A DNA stretch of 64,000 nt from an uncultured Candidatus Binatia bacterium (GTDB lineage: Bacteria > Desulfobacterota > Binatia > UBA9968 > CAXXLF01), in contig OZ244621.1 of assembly GCA_965218425.1 (NCBI GenBank), forward strand, positions 1,344,001-1,408,000, written 5' to 3'. Under the pieces are notes generated by a model that saw only the letters and a program-made list of their open reading frames with translations, was not told where the DNA came from and did no database searches. How positions within the stretch are numbered: position 1 is the first letter of the stretch; each line of letters opens with the position of its first letter. Below are positions 62,922 through 64,000 of the stretch, piece by piece. Both the position numbers and the translations under genes were made by a program.

Positions 62922-63147
62922 TTCAACAGAACGACTTCAACGATGCGTATCGCGCCAAGACGCCCCGAACCAAAATCCGAATCTCGAAATCTCAAACAAA
63001 CCGAAACACTCAAATCTAAAAATCGAAACCCAAAACGAGGTTATCAGGAATTTTATGTCTTTTGATTATTTGGATTTGTTTCGGATTTCGAGTTTCGAAT
63101 TTGTAATTTTATTTATACTCGGCGTGCTTTGCGTCTTCGCGCGAGTC
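62922..63147 (+). repeat. Nested palindromic intergenic element, copy G (cleanest copy)
   Basis: TTCAACAGAACGACTTCAAC-N9-CGCGCCAAGACGCC; inner 42-nt arms 62973-63014 and 63061-63102 (34/42 ungapped complementary by hand); TTTATACTCGGCGTGCTTTGCGTCTTCGCGCGAGTC. Confidence 0.88.
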
Positions 63148-64000
63148 ATCTCTTTCCCGATTTCATCTTCGTCTTCGAAACTTTTTTCCCCCGCTTCGCA
63201 GGCTTTCCGCCCTTCCGTCGAGCGGCTGGAACTCTGAGAGGTTGAGCAGCCGTTGGGCGTTCTCTGATCCGCATCAACTCGTTAATGGTAAGATCGAGGT
63301 CTTCATCTCGCAGTAAGGGTGAAATGGTTCTCTTGCGCCGGACGGTCTCAAGGACTATCTCTCCCACAACCAGATCCTCATCGTAGTACTTGGCCTTAAC
63401 AAGGACATTGCCAAAGGGATTCAAGATCTCCGACCCGCCCCAAAATCCCACGCCGTCCTCAAAACCCGCCCGGTTCCCGTAAACCATATATAGACTGAAC
63501 GTTTCAGCGTAACTCCGGTTGATGAGCTCCCAGTAACGGGCGTTGTCGTCCTGGAGTTGGCCCTCCGTGATGCCGCGCAGCGGACTGGACGAGGGGCAAA
63601 TGATGGCCAGGGCTCCATCCAGAGCCGCCAGGTAGACAGTGGATGGATGCCAAAGATCTTCACAGATGAGCAGTCCCATGCGGCCAAATTTCGAGTCAAA
63701 TGCCCGGATTCGATCCCCCCGGGCAAAATAGCGTTGTTCATCAAACATGCCGTAGGTGGGTAAATAGGCCTTTCGATGCACATGGCGAATCTCCCCGCCT
63801 TCGAAATAGACCGCCGCATTATAGAAACGGTAGTCGGAACTCTCTTCCACCAATCCCGCAACGAACGCCACGTCACGACTCAGCTCCCTCAGATGCTTCA
63901 TCTCTCGAGAAGAGAGCTTGAGGGCAACATTGGGCACCATATCCCTCAGGAAATAGCCGGTGAGCGACAACTCGGGAAAAATGAGCAAGTCTACTCCATT
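63146..64000 (-). CDS. Nitrilase/carbon-nitrogen hydrolase, probable glutaminase subunit of NAD synthetase (5' end outside window)
   Basis: FPELSLTGY (Glu), HRK.YLPTYG.FDE.RYF..G (Lys), LICEDLWH (Cys), N..G.EDG..FWGGS; directly upstream of nadE. Confidence 0.88.
   Translation of the reverse strand, partial: NGVDLLIFPELSLTGYFLRDMVPNVALKLSSREMKHLRELSRDVAFVAGLVEESSDYRFYNAAVYFEGGEIRHVHRKAYLPTYGMFDEQRYFARGDRIRAFDSKFGRMGLLICEDLWHPSTVYLAALDGALAIICPSSSPLRGITEGQLQDDNARYWELINRSYAETFSLYMVYGNRAGFEDGVGFWGGSEILNPFGNVLVKAKYYDEDLVVGEIVLETVRRKRTISPLLRDEDLDLTINELMRIRERPTAAQPLRVPAARRKGGKPAKRGKKVSKTKMKSGKR

Overview
64-kb chromosomal window from a Gram-negative bacterium. Gene content and style suggest a deltaproteobacterial lineage such as Candidatus Binatia, but that is inference. 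Most of it is housekeeping: tldD, an IclR regulator with a FadF/HdrD-like Fe-S oxidoreductase, transaldolase, Rrf2 with trpEG, folK, a DAP aminotransferase, a tandem-duplicated uvrA, a MoxR/DUF58/triple-vWA operon, greA, a peptide ABC transporter, ligA, TRAP permeases, modABC, rsmI and a split NAD synthetase. The mobile and accessory layer has four parts. (i) A decayed IS1595 (IS1016-like) element with 18-bp terminal inverted repeats. (ii) A small GC-rich island at tRNA-fMet carrying a broken large serine recombinase, spmAB and an outer-membrane barrel. (iii) An intact RAYT-type HUH/Y1 transposase with a DnaA-C-like tail, bracketed exactly by perfect 17-bp inverted repeats. (iv) The most unusual signal: seven copies of a non-coding, nested palindromic element of about 220-330 bp in gene junctions. 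These have conserved outer arms, exchangeable interiors, a 39-bp REP-like hairpin inserted at the same base in two copies, and consistent orientation relative to transcription. Two archaeal-flavoured enzymes are also present: a type II GAPDH-like protein and an eIF2B-family protein lacking the catalytic Cys. All family calls are by eye from motifs; no searches were run.
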